Below, piece after piece: positions 55,670-64,000 of a stretch of 64,000 nt of DNA (the stretch's first letter is position 1; the number at the start of each line of letters is the position of its first letter). The DNA is from an uncultured Candidatus Saccharibacteria bacterium (lineage in GTDB: Bacteria > Patescibacteriota > Minisyncoccia > Phycocordibacterales > JACOZG01), in assembly GCA_965230925.1 (NCBI GenBank), contig OZ246403.1:330455-394454 (forward strand), in the 5' to 3' direction. The notes beneath the pieces are model-generated. The model ran no database searches. It was not told the origin of the DNA and saw only the letters and a list, made by a program, of their open reading frames with translations. Position numbers and translations under genes: made by a program.

Positions 55670-56761
55670 CTAAAAATGGGCCGGTAAGGCGAGATGACTG
55701 GTGGATAAGCCAAAAGTGGTCAGGGCAAGCCCGGCGGCTTCGAGATAAAGACCATTGGTCGCATTAACCGCCGGAGAAACGGTGAGACTTGAAGTAAGTT
55801 CGCCGTGGCGGACCGGAACCTTGAGATTGCGGGCGAAGTAGTCGGTGAGACCAGGGAGCAAGCTCCCCCCACCCACCAACACCACTTCGGCCAATTCTTG
55901 ATGAAATTGACTCCGCAAGTAACGCTCGAGTTTGCCCAGCTCATCGAGCGTGGGTCGCAAGGCCTTAGTAAGGAGAAGCGCGAGATTCTGATCTTTGTCA
56001 GAAAGCCCATTAAGGACTTTCCGATCCTCGGCCGCGGCCAGACCAAGGTCGAAAGTTTTGGCAACTTCCGCGGTCAATGCCTCACCACCTTCATTGAGAC
56101 TATAAGAATAAAAAATCCCGAGATGATTAAAGAGAGAGATGGTGGTGGTTACGGCACCAATATCAATCATCGCGGTGAGCGGCGTAACTCCGCGCGGGAA
56201 AAGCGCTTGGAAGGTAGCGAGAGTCTCCAGTTCAAAATGTTTTACCGCAATCCCTGCTTCCTTCATCGCTTCGCGCCACTCGGTAACCACCTCGCGCGTG
56301 GCTGCCGCGGCCGCCACTTGATACATCTCGGGCGACTCGGACTGAATAACAGAATTCCAAACGAGTTCCTCGAGCGGGAAGGGAAATGTTTTTTGCACCT
56401 CGGCGCGGATCTCGGCCGGAAGATCTTGATGTTCCCCTTTCTTCGGAATAGAGAAGGTGTGGAGATACGTCTGACTCTCTGGGAGCGCCACGTGTACACC
56501 ACGCTCGAGAGTGATCGGCGCAGGCTTGGCTTCCGCCGCAAGCTTCTTAATAATCGCCGCGAGTTTATAAGGGTCCTGGATCCGGCCGCGCGCCACAATA
56601 CCCTTCTCTAGAGGCGCGCGGCCGCAAGCCGTAACCGTGAGCGACTTACCGCGCTTGCGCACCTCCACTAGCTCGACACTGCGGTCGGAGATATCAAGGC
56701 CCAAGGACTTGGTACCAAAAATACTTAAAATCTTTGAGAAATTAATGTTAAGTTTTTGCAT
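55670..56761 (-). CDS. pilM: Type IV pilus assembly protein PilM
   Basis: GLDISDRSVELVE, IDIGA, VGGGSLLPGL. Confidence 0.88.
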   Translation of the reverse strand: MQKLNINFSKILSIFGTKSLGLDISDRSVELVEVRKRGKSLTVTACGRAPLEKGIVARGRIQDPYKLAAIIKKLAAEAKPAPITLERGVHVALPESQTYLHTFSIPKKGEHQDLPAEIRAEVQKTFPFPLEELVWNSVIQSESPEMYQVAAAAATREVVTEWREAMKEAGIAVKHFELETLATFQALFPRGVTPLTAMIDIGAVTTTISLFNHLGIFYSYSLNEGGEALTAEVAKTFDLGLAAAEDRKVLNGLSDKDQNLALLLTKALRPTLDELGKLERYLRSQFHQELAEVVLVGGGSLLPGLTDYFARNLKVPVRHGELTSSLTVSPAVNATNGLYLEAAGLALTTFGLSTSHLALPAHF

Positions 56762-57145
56762 TTAATTACTGAGTTCTTCCCAAATGATTGGCTGGTTGAT
56801 CACATTACCGGTTAAGGTTACGCTGGCGCGAAGCACCTTGCTCACATTCCCCACCGTAGAAGTGGCCGTAATCACCTTAGGACTAACGCCCGACACCGTG
56901 ATTATACAAGATGCGTCACCAAAATTCAGGTTCTGACCCACAACGGTGTAACTCGGAGTAATTCTCAAACGCCGCAAAGTCTCGTCGAGACAACCATCGG
57001 CCGCAACTAATGCTTGACCAGCTTTAGCATCTAAAGTACTCATCTCGAGTTCGGAGAGGCCAAGTGAGGACGAAGCAAGCGCGAGCAACAAGGCCCCACC
57101 ACCGAGGACCAATACCGCCATTAATGCCATAAAGCCTTTGTTCAT
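56762..57145 (-). CDS. Minor pilin, PilX-like
   Basis: KG-FMALM (no Glu5), AADGCLDETL. Confidence 0.7.
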   Translation of the reverse strand: MNKGFMALMAVLVLGGGALLLALASSSLGLSELEMSTLDAKAGQALVAADGCLDETLRRLRITPSYTVVGQNLNFGDASCIITVSGVSPKVITATSTVGNVSKVLRASVTLTGNVINQPIIWEELSN

Positions 57146-57672
57146 TTTCTGCGGCTCACTGCCGTGCGCACACTAGTAGTATAAGCGAGTTCTGGGGAAC
57201 TTAGTCCGCCAGCTGGCGGACGGGTACTAAGCGTAAACCTAATCCCAATATTCGACCGCTCGCCGGAGGGAGCGAAATTATTAAAAACTAAATTAGTCAC
57301 TTGCAAATTACTGCTCGTAAGCTGGGTCACCGTGCTCGGCGCTTCGGTGACTTGGAGGTTGCCGCTGCCGTCGAGATTAAAAGTGAGATCAACCGCCGGA
57401 CTCGGCATATCGAGAACCAAAGTTGCACCACTCGCCCCAGAAACCGGCGTTGTTACCGCATTCGCCTCGCGCACTTTAGCTGCTATAAAGTTGAGGACAA
57501 AGCGCGCTTCATTATTCACTTGAGTAACAATCACCGACTTCTCACTACCGCCACTAGTGTTGAGGGCGAAATATACAAAGCTCGTCACAATCCCCGCCGT
57601 AATCGCGAGGTAAATCAAGAGTTCAATCAGGGTAAATCCGGAGCTTTTAGCTTTTAGCTTGGTTAGCTTCAT
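57142..57672 (-). CDS. Minor pilin, PilW-like
   Basis: SG-FTLIELLIYLAI. Confidence 0.8.
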   Translation of the reverse strand: MKLTKLKAKSSGFTLIELLIYLAITAGIVTSFVYFALNTSGGSEKSVIVTQVNNEARFVLNFIAAKVREANAVTTPVSGASGATLVLDMPSPAVDLTFNLDGSGNLQVTEAPSTVTQLTSSNLQVTNLVFNNFAPSGERSNIGIRFTLSTRPPAGGLSSPELAYTTSVRTAVSRRK

Positions 57673-59378
57673 TATTTGTAGTTAATTCTCACTTCTTGCA
57701 ACACGGGCGTTGTGTTACCAGGACCAGTAAGCGACGTCTCATATTGAACCCACCTTCGCCCGTTGAGTAATGTCGGCAACATTGCCACGACTGGATCAGT
57801 AAACCACCCAGACCAAATCCATGGCCCACCAGAATTAGCACTGGTGCCCACGCGCACCTGGATATCGCAACTCCCACAACCAGTTTCATCCCAATCTAAT
57901 ACCTGCACCGGGGAATTATCGCTCATATCGAAGGCGGGAGAAATGAGCGAACCACTGGTTTGGAAGCCACCACCAGCATAGCGGAAAATATTACCCGAAG
58001 CCCCGGGGGCAAAACACGGATTCGAACCCACACAATATAAACCATTGAGAGCCACGTCGGGCAAACTAGAAATAGACAAACGTGGCAGTGACGTTCCATT
58101 CCAAGACAAAATTACTTCCCCACTCTGGGTATTGGCCACCGCCCAACCCGTGGTTCCAGAAGTGAGATATAGCCCGTTAATGTTGGATGCTGTCCCGGTA
58201 GTCACGGCTGTGTTCCAATTACCGCTCACCAATCGTCGAGCAAGCCCACCATTGCCAACCACCACACCATCGGTATCACTAAGCATAAAAATATCATTCC
58301 AAGTTTGAGAACCGGTATCTTGAAAAAGGGTCCAACTACTACCACTTGACCATCGAGTAATCACTCCCGACCCGCCAGCGGCCCAGCAATTAGCCGCGGC
58401 AAAACAAAAAACAGTGTTTAGGGCTTGAGTAGTGCCAGATGTCATTGAGGTGTTCCAATTACCGCCAGCAAATCTCCTAACCTGACCACCGCTACCAACC
58501 ACCACAGCATCTCCGAGAGAAAAAACTCGAATATCATTCCAAGTTTGAGATCCGGTGTCTTGAAAGAGAGACCAACTTGTTCCGTTCGTTGTGCGCACAA
58601 TCACCCCCGAGGCCCCCGCTGCAAAACAGTGCGTTGCTGATGAGCAATGAATAGTATTTAAATTTTGTGCTGTGCCAGAGGAAATAACGTTCCATACATT
58701 TGGATTGGGATTATTCCACCGCCTAATACTACCGCCCGAACCGACCACAAAGCCGTCAGTAGCACTAAACATATACACATCGTTCCAAGTCTGAGAACCG
58801 GTGTTTGTGGTAGTGGCCCACGCCGCCGCACCACCCGCGAGGGTCAATTGACCAGCAACACTCACATCAACATTCGTTCCGGTAAGTCCCGTCCAGTCGG
58901 TGTGGGACCATTCGAGTGAATCCCAATTGGTGAGATAAGCTTCGCGCTTCACTTCTTGAGTGACGCCGGAAGCGGATTGCCAAGTTACCGTGGTGCTCGC
59001 GAGTTTAGAGTGGAGATCGGTGGAACTGCTCGGGCACGGCGCAACGTTTTGCGATCCATCGCGACACACATTGGCAAAAGTGAGGGTGCGCGTAAATTTG
59101 CCAATTATTTCACTCGCGCCATTATTTAAAGTCCATTGACCAGTCGTACTCGTGGCTACCGCCGGACTCACAATAAATTCATTCCAAGCCCCATCGCGCA
59201 CTGAGCGCGCGGCTTCGATCGCCTCATCGGCGAGGGCCGAAGCTTCAAGATAATCGCCGCCATAACCAAGACCTTGATAGCCACCGATCGTCATAGAGGC
59301 CAAAGCACTCGCAATGAGCGCAAAGATCGCGAGGGCGAGAATGGCTTCGAGAAGACTTTGACCTCGATTAGTTTTCAT
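57672..59378 (-). CDS. Minor pilin (PilV-like) fused to beta-propeller repeats
   Basis: RG-QSLLEAIL; EAIEAARSVRD; three TGSQTWND repeats alternating with SGTxxxLN blades. Confidence 0.8.
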   Translation of the reverse strand: MKTNRGQSLLEAILALAIFALIASALASMTIGGYQGLGYGGDYLEASALADEAIEAARSVRDGAWNEFIVSPAVATSTTGQWTLNNGASEIIGKFTRTLTFANVCRDGSQNVAPCPSSSTDLHSKLASTTVTWQSASGVTQEVKREAYLTNWDSLEWSHTDWTGLTGTNVDVSVAGQLTLAGGAAAWATTTNTGSQTWNDVYMFSATDGFVVGSGGSIRRWNNPNPNVWNVISSGTAQNLNTIHCSSATHCFAAGASGVIVRTTNGTSWSLFQDTGSQTWNDIRVFSLGDAVVVGSGGQVRRFAGGNWNTSMTSGTTQALNTVFCFAAANCWAAGGSGVITRWSSGSSWTLFQDTGSQTWNDIFMLSDTDGVVVGNGGLARRLVSGNWNTAVTTGTASNINGLYLTSGTTGWAVANTQSGEVILSWNGTSLPRLSISSLPDVALNGLYCVGSNPCFAPGASGNIFRYAGGGFQTSGSLISPAFDMSDNSPVQVLDWDETGCGSCDIQVRVGTSANSGGPWIWSGWFTDPVVAMLPTLLNGRRWVQYETSLTGPGNTTPVLQEVRINYK

Positions 59379-59823
59379 AAATGCCGCCAAATTTATTAAT
59401 CGTAATTTGCCGCGAGCCTTGCGCGGGTTGCGTGATGGTAATCGTGGTGGCCGTGACGGGTAGTGCTTGACCAGCAGGGAAATTAAAATCGCTCGCACCG
59501 CTTACTGCAAGCGTGTAGCCAGCCGGAAGTGTGGTTACAAAATCATAACTAGTATCGCGCACGGCATAGCTCGCCCCTTGATAGAGCGTGTAACGCGGGG
59601 GCGCCGCCGATGGCTCGAAGTTCACACCATGCGCGGCGGCATTTACCCGCGCGAAGGATCGTGTGCGAGCGTAGCGCAAGGTGGTAAGTAAATTATTACT
59701 CTCCTGCTCCAAGCTCGACGAAGTATAAAAATTCCCCGCCACCGGCAATACCACCGCGCCCAGCGCGAGAAAAATCGCGACGGTAATCAACAATTCGATC
59801 AAAGAAAAACCTCGTGATCTCAC
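59368..59823 (-). CDS. Minor pilin, FimT/FimU-like
   Basis: RG-FSLIELL; LRYARTRS; ITINKFG; GTG 7 nt after TGCTATAAT. Confidence 0.8.
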   Translation of the reverse strand: MRSRGFSLIELLITVAIFLALGAVVLPVAGNFYTSSSLEQESNNLLTTLRYARTRSFARVNAAAHGVNFEPSAAPPRYTLYQGASYAVRDTSYDFVTTLPAGYTLAVSGASDFNFPAGQALPVTATTITITQPAQGSRQITINKFGGIYEN

Positions 59824-59865
59824 GAGGGAAATTATAGCAAATCTCGTTTCAATTGATTTTTAGAC

Positions 59866-60365
59866 AAAAGAAAACCCCGTCGCCTTGCGGTCGGGGGGTT
59901 GTTGGATCAACATCCTAACGTTTCCAGTATTCGCAATATGTGATCCCTGTTCTTGCGAATCCCAAGAGATTGGCTTAACAAATTTGTTTCATCGATCAGA
60001 TCGTTCCGGTAACAATCTCTTGTAACTAACCGGACAAACCTGAAAGACCAAGGATGATTGGACTAGTGAATCCTACCTAATTAACTTTTGGTGCTGTTGC
60101 GAAGAATCAACCAAACTTCGCAAGAGGCATGAGGTTCGCAAACGCATCCCTCGTTACCATTCTTGCAGATATTACCTCATCACAATTCCCTGCAAGAAAT
60201 TTCGGCAACGATTCGCCAGAGACTTCAGAAAACTAAACGAAATTGAAGAACTAATTCGGAGCTTTAGTCTTTTGGATCATTTACTGGATGATGACCGCCA
60301 GACCTCACTCCTTTTCAACATGGACCCGGGCCCCATTGCCCTGCTTTGCTTTGCCCACTTGAATT
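59866..60365 (-). ncRNA. Candidate large structured non-coding RNA (~500 nt)
   Basis: TTGACA-16-TATACT promoter, GCAA-loop terminator, no ORF of 60 aa or more, several stems and loop-distal complementarities. Confidence 0.6.
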
Positions 60366-60371
60366 GCCACT

Positions 60372-60399
60372 AGTATACATGAATCATTATTCTTGTCAA
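60372..60399 (-). promoter_or_regulatory. Sigma70 promoter of the candidate ncRNA
   Basis: TTGACA-16 nt-TATACT. Confidence 0.75.
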
Positions 60400-60461
60400 G
60401 TGTTTTAAACTAACCTAAAGCGAAAATCAATATAAATGGCCCTGTTGAGCCATATTTTGAC

Positions 60462-61538
60462 CTAGCGTTTGATATTCCCCGTCAGTTCGTAGATGGGCGT
60501 AATAATAGAAAGGGCGAAGACGGCGACGATGAGGCCAATGAAGAGGAGGAGGGCTGGTTCGAGGGTGGTGGAGACGTTTTTGGCGGTTTTATCAACTTCC
60601 GCTTCGTAGAATTCGGCGATATAAGCTAGAGTTTCTTCAAATTTTCCTGATTCCTCACCCACGCGCACGAGATCCGTGGAGAGTGATGGAAAGAGCTTCG
60701 GATATGCGGCAAGCGACGCTGCGAGCTTAGCCCCGCGCTTCACATTCTCCCCCACTTCTACTAATGCATTTTTAAAATAAAAATTACCGGCAGTATCACT
60801 TGCAATCTTGAGCGCCTCGTCCACCGGCACACCGCTCTTGAGAAGCATGGCGAGAGTGCCGGCGAAGCGCGAGACATTGCTCTCGCGCACGAGAGACTTA
60901 GCGAGCGGAATGGCGAGCAGAATTTTATGGGTAATTGGCTGAAGTGCGCGCAATCGCCAGGCGAAAACAAGGAGAAAAATAATAGTGAGAATCAGCGGGA
61001 AAGCAATCACCCCCCAAGCATCGGCGAAGTGGGCGAAAGAAATTAAAGCGCGCGTGGTAGCCGGCAACTCGATATTTAAACCTTCAAAGAGTCGCGTAAT
61101 TTTAGGCAAGACGGTAAAAGCGAGAACTGTTCCGAGCACAAGCGTTGCAACCAAAACAATAGTTGGGTAAATAAGCGCGCCTTTGACCTTGCTCACAATT
61201 GCCCGCTCTTTCTCTAGTGCCACCGCCACGTTCTTCAGATTGTCCGCTAGTGTGCCCGACGATTCACCAGCGTACACGGAACTCGAGAAAAGACCGCCAA
61301 AAATCTTGGGGTAATCACCAAGTGCGGCGGCGAGCGGCCGGCCACTTTCTACGGCCTCTCGCACCTCGCCGAGCACTTGCTTAAGTTTACCTCGCGAAGA
61401 ATTCTGCGCTGTCCCGAGCGCCTCGCTTAAGGTGAGGCCGGACTGCAACATCACCGCCAGCTGCCGCGCCAGCACAGCCTTTTGCTCTAAGTTTACGCCA
61501 CCAAAAGTGATTTCTTTCTTCAGAAGTTTTTCTGCCAC
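60462..61538 (-). CDS. pilC: Type IV pilus platform protein PilC (T2SS F family)
   Basis: RQLAVMLQSGL, AGESSGTL, ALIYP, VGEESG, LEP. Confidence 0.93.
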   Translation of the reverse strand: MAEKLLKKEITFGGVNLEQKAVLARQLAVMLQSGLTLSEALGTAQNSSRGKLKQVLGEVREAVESGRPLAAALGDYPKIFGGLFSSSVYAGESSGTLADNLKNVAVALEKERAIVSKVKGALIYPTIVLVATLVLGTVLAFTVLPKITRLFEGLNIELPATTRALISFAHFADAWGVIAFPLILTIIFLLVFAWRLRALQPITHKILLAIPLAKSLVRESNVSRFAGTLAMLLKSGVPVDEALKIASDTAGNFYFKNALVEVGENVKRGAKLAASLAAYPKLFPSLSTDLVRVGEESGKFEETLAYIAEFYEAEVDKTAKNVSTTLEPALLLFIGLIVAVFALSIITPIYELTGNIKR

Positions 61539-61545
61539 ACAATTA

Positions 61546-63234
61546 TTATACCTTAATCACTCTCAAAATTTCAGGCAGGGTGGTGATACCGGCGAGAACT
61601 TTCTCGACACCATCTTCGAGCATAGTGGTCATACCCCCGGTTTTGGCCGCCCCAAGGATCTCGGCCGACGGTGCGCGAGCCACAATGAGCTTCTTCACCG
61701 GCTCCGTCATAAGAAGAACTTCGAAGATACCGACGCGACCCAAGAAGCCCGTGCCACCACAAATTTTGCAGCCGGCACCGCGGAAAATGGTTAGCTTCTT
61801 CAATTCCTTGTGGCCCTTATCCCGCAAAATGTTTTGAACATTCGGCTCATGTTCGATCATCGCAATTTCATCCGGCGCGGCGGAGTAAGAGAAGCGGCAC
61901 TTCTCGCAAATACGTCGCACGAGCCTTTGCGCAACGACCACATTAACGGTCGAGGCAACAAGAAATGGTTCCACGCCCATATCGAGCAAGCGCGGCAAAG
62001 TGGTGGGCGCATCATTGGCGTGGAGCGTAGAGAGAACTAGGTGCCCCGTGAGCGCCGAGTTCACGGCAATGTCAGCCGTTTCTTCATCACGAATCTCGCC
62101 AACCATAATAATGTCGGGATCTTGGCGCACAATGGAGCGAAGACCGGTGGCGAAGGTCAAACCAGTTTTGGTATTAACCTGAATTTGGCTCACGCCTTCA
62201 ATCGTATATTCCACCGGATCCTCGATAGTTGAGATGTGCACGTCGCGCTTATTCAAGAGCTTGAGCATGCCGTAAACGGTTGTCGTCTTGCCTGAACCTG
62301 TGGGTCCCGTCACTAAGATCATGCCATGCGGATTCTCGATGGCACGCTTAACCTTGGCGAGATCTGCCTCAAGCAAACCAATATCGGTGAGACTAAAGCG
62401 CCGCGATTCTTCCGAGAGCAAGCGCATCACCACATTTTCCCCTTCCGTCACGGGCACAATCGAGACACGCACGTCGACCGGCCGATCTTGATAATTAAAT
62501 TGGAGTTTACCGTCTTGCGCCGCGCGGTGTTCATCGGTGCGGAGCTTGGCGAGAATCTTGATCCGCGTGAGCAAGAGATCGGTGAGGGGCTTGGGCAAAT
62601 CGAGAATATCGTGCATCACGCCGTCAATGCGGAAGCGCACCAAAAGTTTCTCCCGATACGGCTCGAGGTGAATATCCGAGGCTTTATTCTCCTCGCCATA
62701 AGCCAGCACACTATCAACCAATTTTACTGATGCCTCATTGCGTTTCTCTTTGTCTATTTCTTTGTCAATTAATTCCTTCGCCAATTTCTCCACTTCCTCC
62801 TTCAATGTCCCACGATAATAATTCATCGCCTGGGCCGCAAGACGCGGGGTGGTGTAGAAAACGTGAACGGCTTTCCCTGTTTTCTTCTCAAGCAGTCTCG
62901 CCAATTCTAAATTTTCTGGATCCGTGAGGGCGAGTTTGAGACTATCTTTATCTTCCGCAAACACAATCGCCTCTTGCGCCCGCGCCACAATTTCGGGTAA
63001 ACGCCGAATCGCTGTTTCATCAATCTTCTCTTGTTTGAGATCAAAGAACTTCACATTAAGCGCCTCGGCCACCAAGTGCCCCAAATTTTCATCAGTAATA
63101 AAATCACGACCCACGAGTACGTCCGCGAGCGGCTTCTTCTCCCCCTCACTCTCGGCCACGGCTGCAACAAAGTCCGCCTCCGACACATGACCCGGCGGCA
63201 CGAGTAACCCTTTGAGTTGTTCGGTACTAAGCAT
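61546..63234 (-). CDS. pilB: Type IV pilus assembly ATPase PilB (GspE/PulE)
   Basis: ASDIHLEP, GPTGSGKTT, TIEDPVEY, RQDPD, GHLVLSTLH, CxxC pairs. Confidence 0.95.
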   Translation of the reverse strand: MLSTEQLKGLLVPPGHVSEADFVAAVAESEGEKKPLADVLVGRDFITDENLGHLVAEALNVKFFDLKQEKIDETAIRRLPEIVARAQEAIVFAEDKDSLKLALTDPENLELARLLEKKTGKAVHVFYTTPRLAAQAMNYYRGTLKEEVEKLAKELIDKEIDKEKRNEASVKLVDSVLAYGEENKASDIHLEPYREKLLVRFRIDGVMHDILDLPKPLTDLLLTRIKILAKLRTDEHRAAQDGKLQFNYQDRPVDVRVSIVPVTEGENVVMRLLSEESRRFSLTDIGLLEADLAKVKRAIENPHGMILVTGPTGSGKTTTVYGMLKLLNKRDVHISTIEDPVEYTIEGVSQIQVNTKTGLTFATGLRSIVRQDPDIIMVGEIRDEETADIAVNSALTGHLVLSTLHANDAPTTLPRLLDMGVEPFLVASTVNVVVAQRLVRRICEKCRFSYSAAPDEIAMIEHEPNVQNILRDKGHKELKKLTIFRGAGCKICGGTGFLGRVGIFEVLLMTEPVKKLIVARAPSAEILGAAKTGGMTTMLEDGVEKVLAGITTLPEILRVIKV

Positions 63235-63595
63235 TTACGTGCAAAAATTCTTTGACCCGCGCGGCAATCACCTTAAGTTCCGTCTCCGATTTAATCCAAT
63301 AATCCCGCGCGCCGAGCGACTTCGCCTTTTCCATATCGCTCTCTTGACCAAGATTGGAGAGAACAACGGTAGGCACGGAACCCTTGAGTTCCTCGAGCAC
63401 TTCAAAGCCGTTTTTCTGCGGCATGATGAGGTCAAGGAGGAGAAGATCGGGTGCTTCCGCTCGCGCCACGGCAATAGCATCAACGCCATTCGTCACTTTA
63501 ATCACGGTAAAACCCTCGCGCTCGAGCTTGTCGGCGAGGGCTGTAGAAAGAAACTTCTCATCCTCGGCAATGAGGATCTTTTTCCCATTAGGCAT
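63227..63595 (-). CDS. Single-domain response regulator (receiver)
   Basis: ILIAEDE, LLLDLIMPQKNGFEVL, VLSN, YWIK; overlaps pilB start. Confidence 0.9.
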   Translation of the reverse strand: MPNGKKILIAEDEKFLSTALADKLEREGFTVIKVTNGVDAIAVARAEAPDLLLLDLIMPQKNGFEVLEELKGSVPTVVLSNLGQESDMEKAKSLGARDYWIKSETELKVIAARVKEFLHVNA

Positions 63596-63602
63596 TCGCC
63601 TA

Positions 63603-64000
63603 TTATGGCAGAACTTGGAAAGGGAGGGAATTGGTGACGGTGCCGTAAACGTAAACATTCACATCATACGTTCCTGGTGGCGTGGGCACCTGGCAATCAC
63701 AGGCACTATTATTAATAAGCGTCGGGATTGTAAAGAGAAGGGAGGTTCCCTCAGGATCAGCAAAAACAACCTTGCTGGCATAATAAGTTCCTTGAGATAA
63801 AGAGATGGAATTGTAGCTCCCTGGATTAAAGTACTGCCCAGTAATTTCTACCGTGGTACCAGGAGTGGCACTTGAGGGTGAGATCTGATTAATCACCGGG
63901 GTCGGCAAAGCCCAGACTGAACGAACTTGCTCATTTACGGCTCCAGTTTGATCATGGGTAACGCGAGCAGCAAGTTCATACGGACCAGGAATTATGCTGG
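63603..64000 (-). CDS. C-terminal part of an Ig/IPT-domain surface protein (5' end outside window)
   Basis: Frame is open to the window end; PVINQISPSSATPGTTVEITG..TPPGTYDVNV..TNSLPFQV. Confidence 0.7.
   Translation of the reverse strand, partial: SIIPGPYELAARVTHDQTGAVNEQVRSVWALPTPVINQISPSSATPGTTVEITGQYFNPGSYNSISLSQGTYYASKVVFADPEGTSLLFTIPTLINNSACDCQVPTPPGTYDVNVYVYGTVTNSLPFQVLP

Noticed and set aside
59866-60365. RNase P RNA, tmRNA, or an ORF with TGA recoded
   Set aside because: No GAGGAAAGTCC core and no tRNA-like ends; TAA/TAG stops are frequent and neighbouring genes use TGA as stop

Overview
Chromosomal window from a reduced-genome bacterium. Gene content and style point to Patescibacteria/CPR, most likely Parcubacteria (inference): alpha2-type GlyRS, type II IleRS with a histidine-phosphatase insertion, rplK and rplJ both without a neighbouring rplA, many apparently leaderless genes, large peptidoglycan-binding surface proteins and a type IV pilus locus. 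Almost all genes are on the minus strand. Housekeeping genes include rplJ/L, ftsK, recA, efp, rpsF-ssb-rpsR, metG, glyQS, recO, ileS, argS, secE-nusG-rplK, a dTMP cluster (dcd, dut, thyX, glyA, tmk) and tRNA-His. Two elements stand out. (1) A 7.2-kb operon (38357-45508) has a SipW/Sec11-type signal peptidase and five proteins sharing the post-signal-peptide motif AFEAHV(I/L)NVTA: four Cys-rich paralogous subunits (one fused to a vWA domain) and one with an acidic tail. It looks like a TasA-like donor-strand fibre/adhesin system and has a consensus promoter with a uORF/terminator leader. (2) A ~500-nt ORF-free, apparently pseudoknot-rich unit with its own promoter and terminator lies inside the T4P locus (59866-60365), a candidate large ncRNA. 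A smaller candidate ncRNA (13630-13772), an inverted-repeat-flanked promoter, GGACA motif clusters and an atypical tRNA elbow are also noted. All calls come from reading the sequence; no database searches or folding programs were run.
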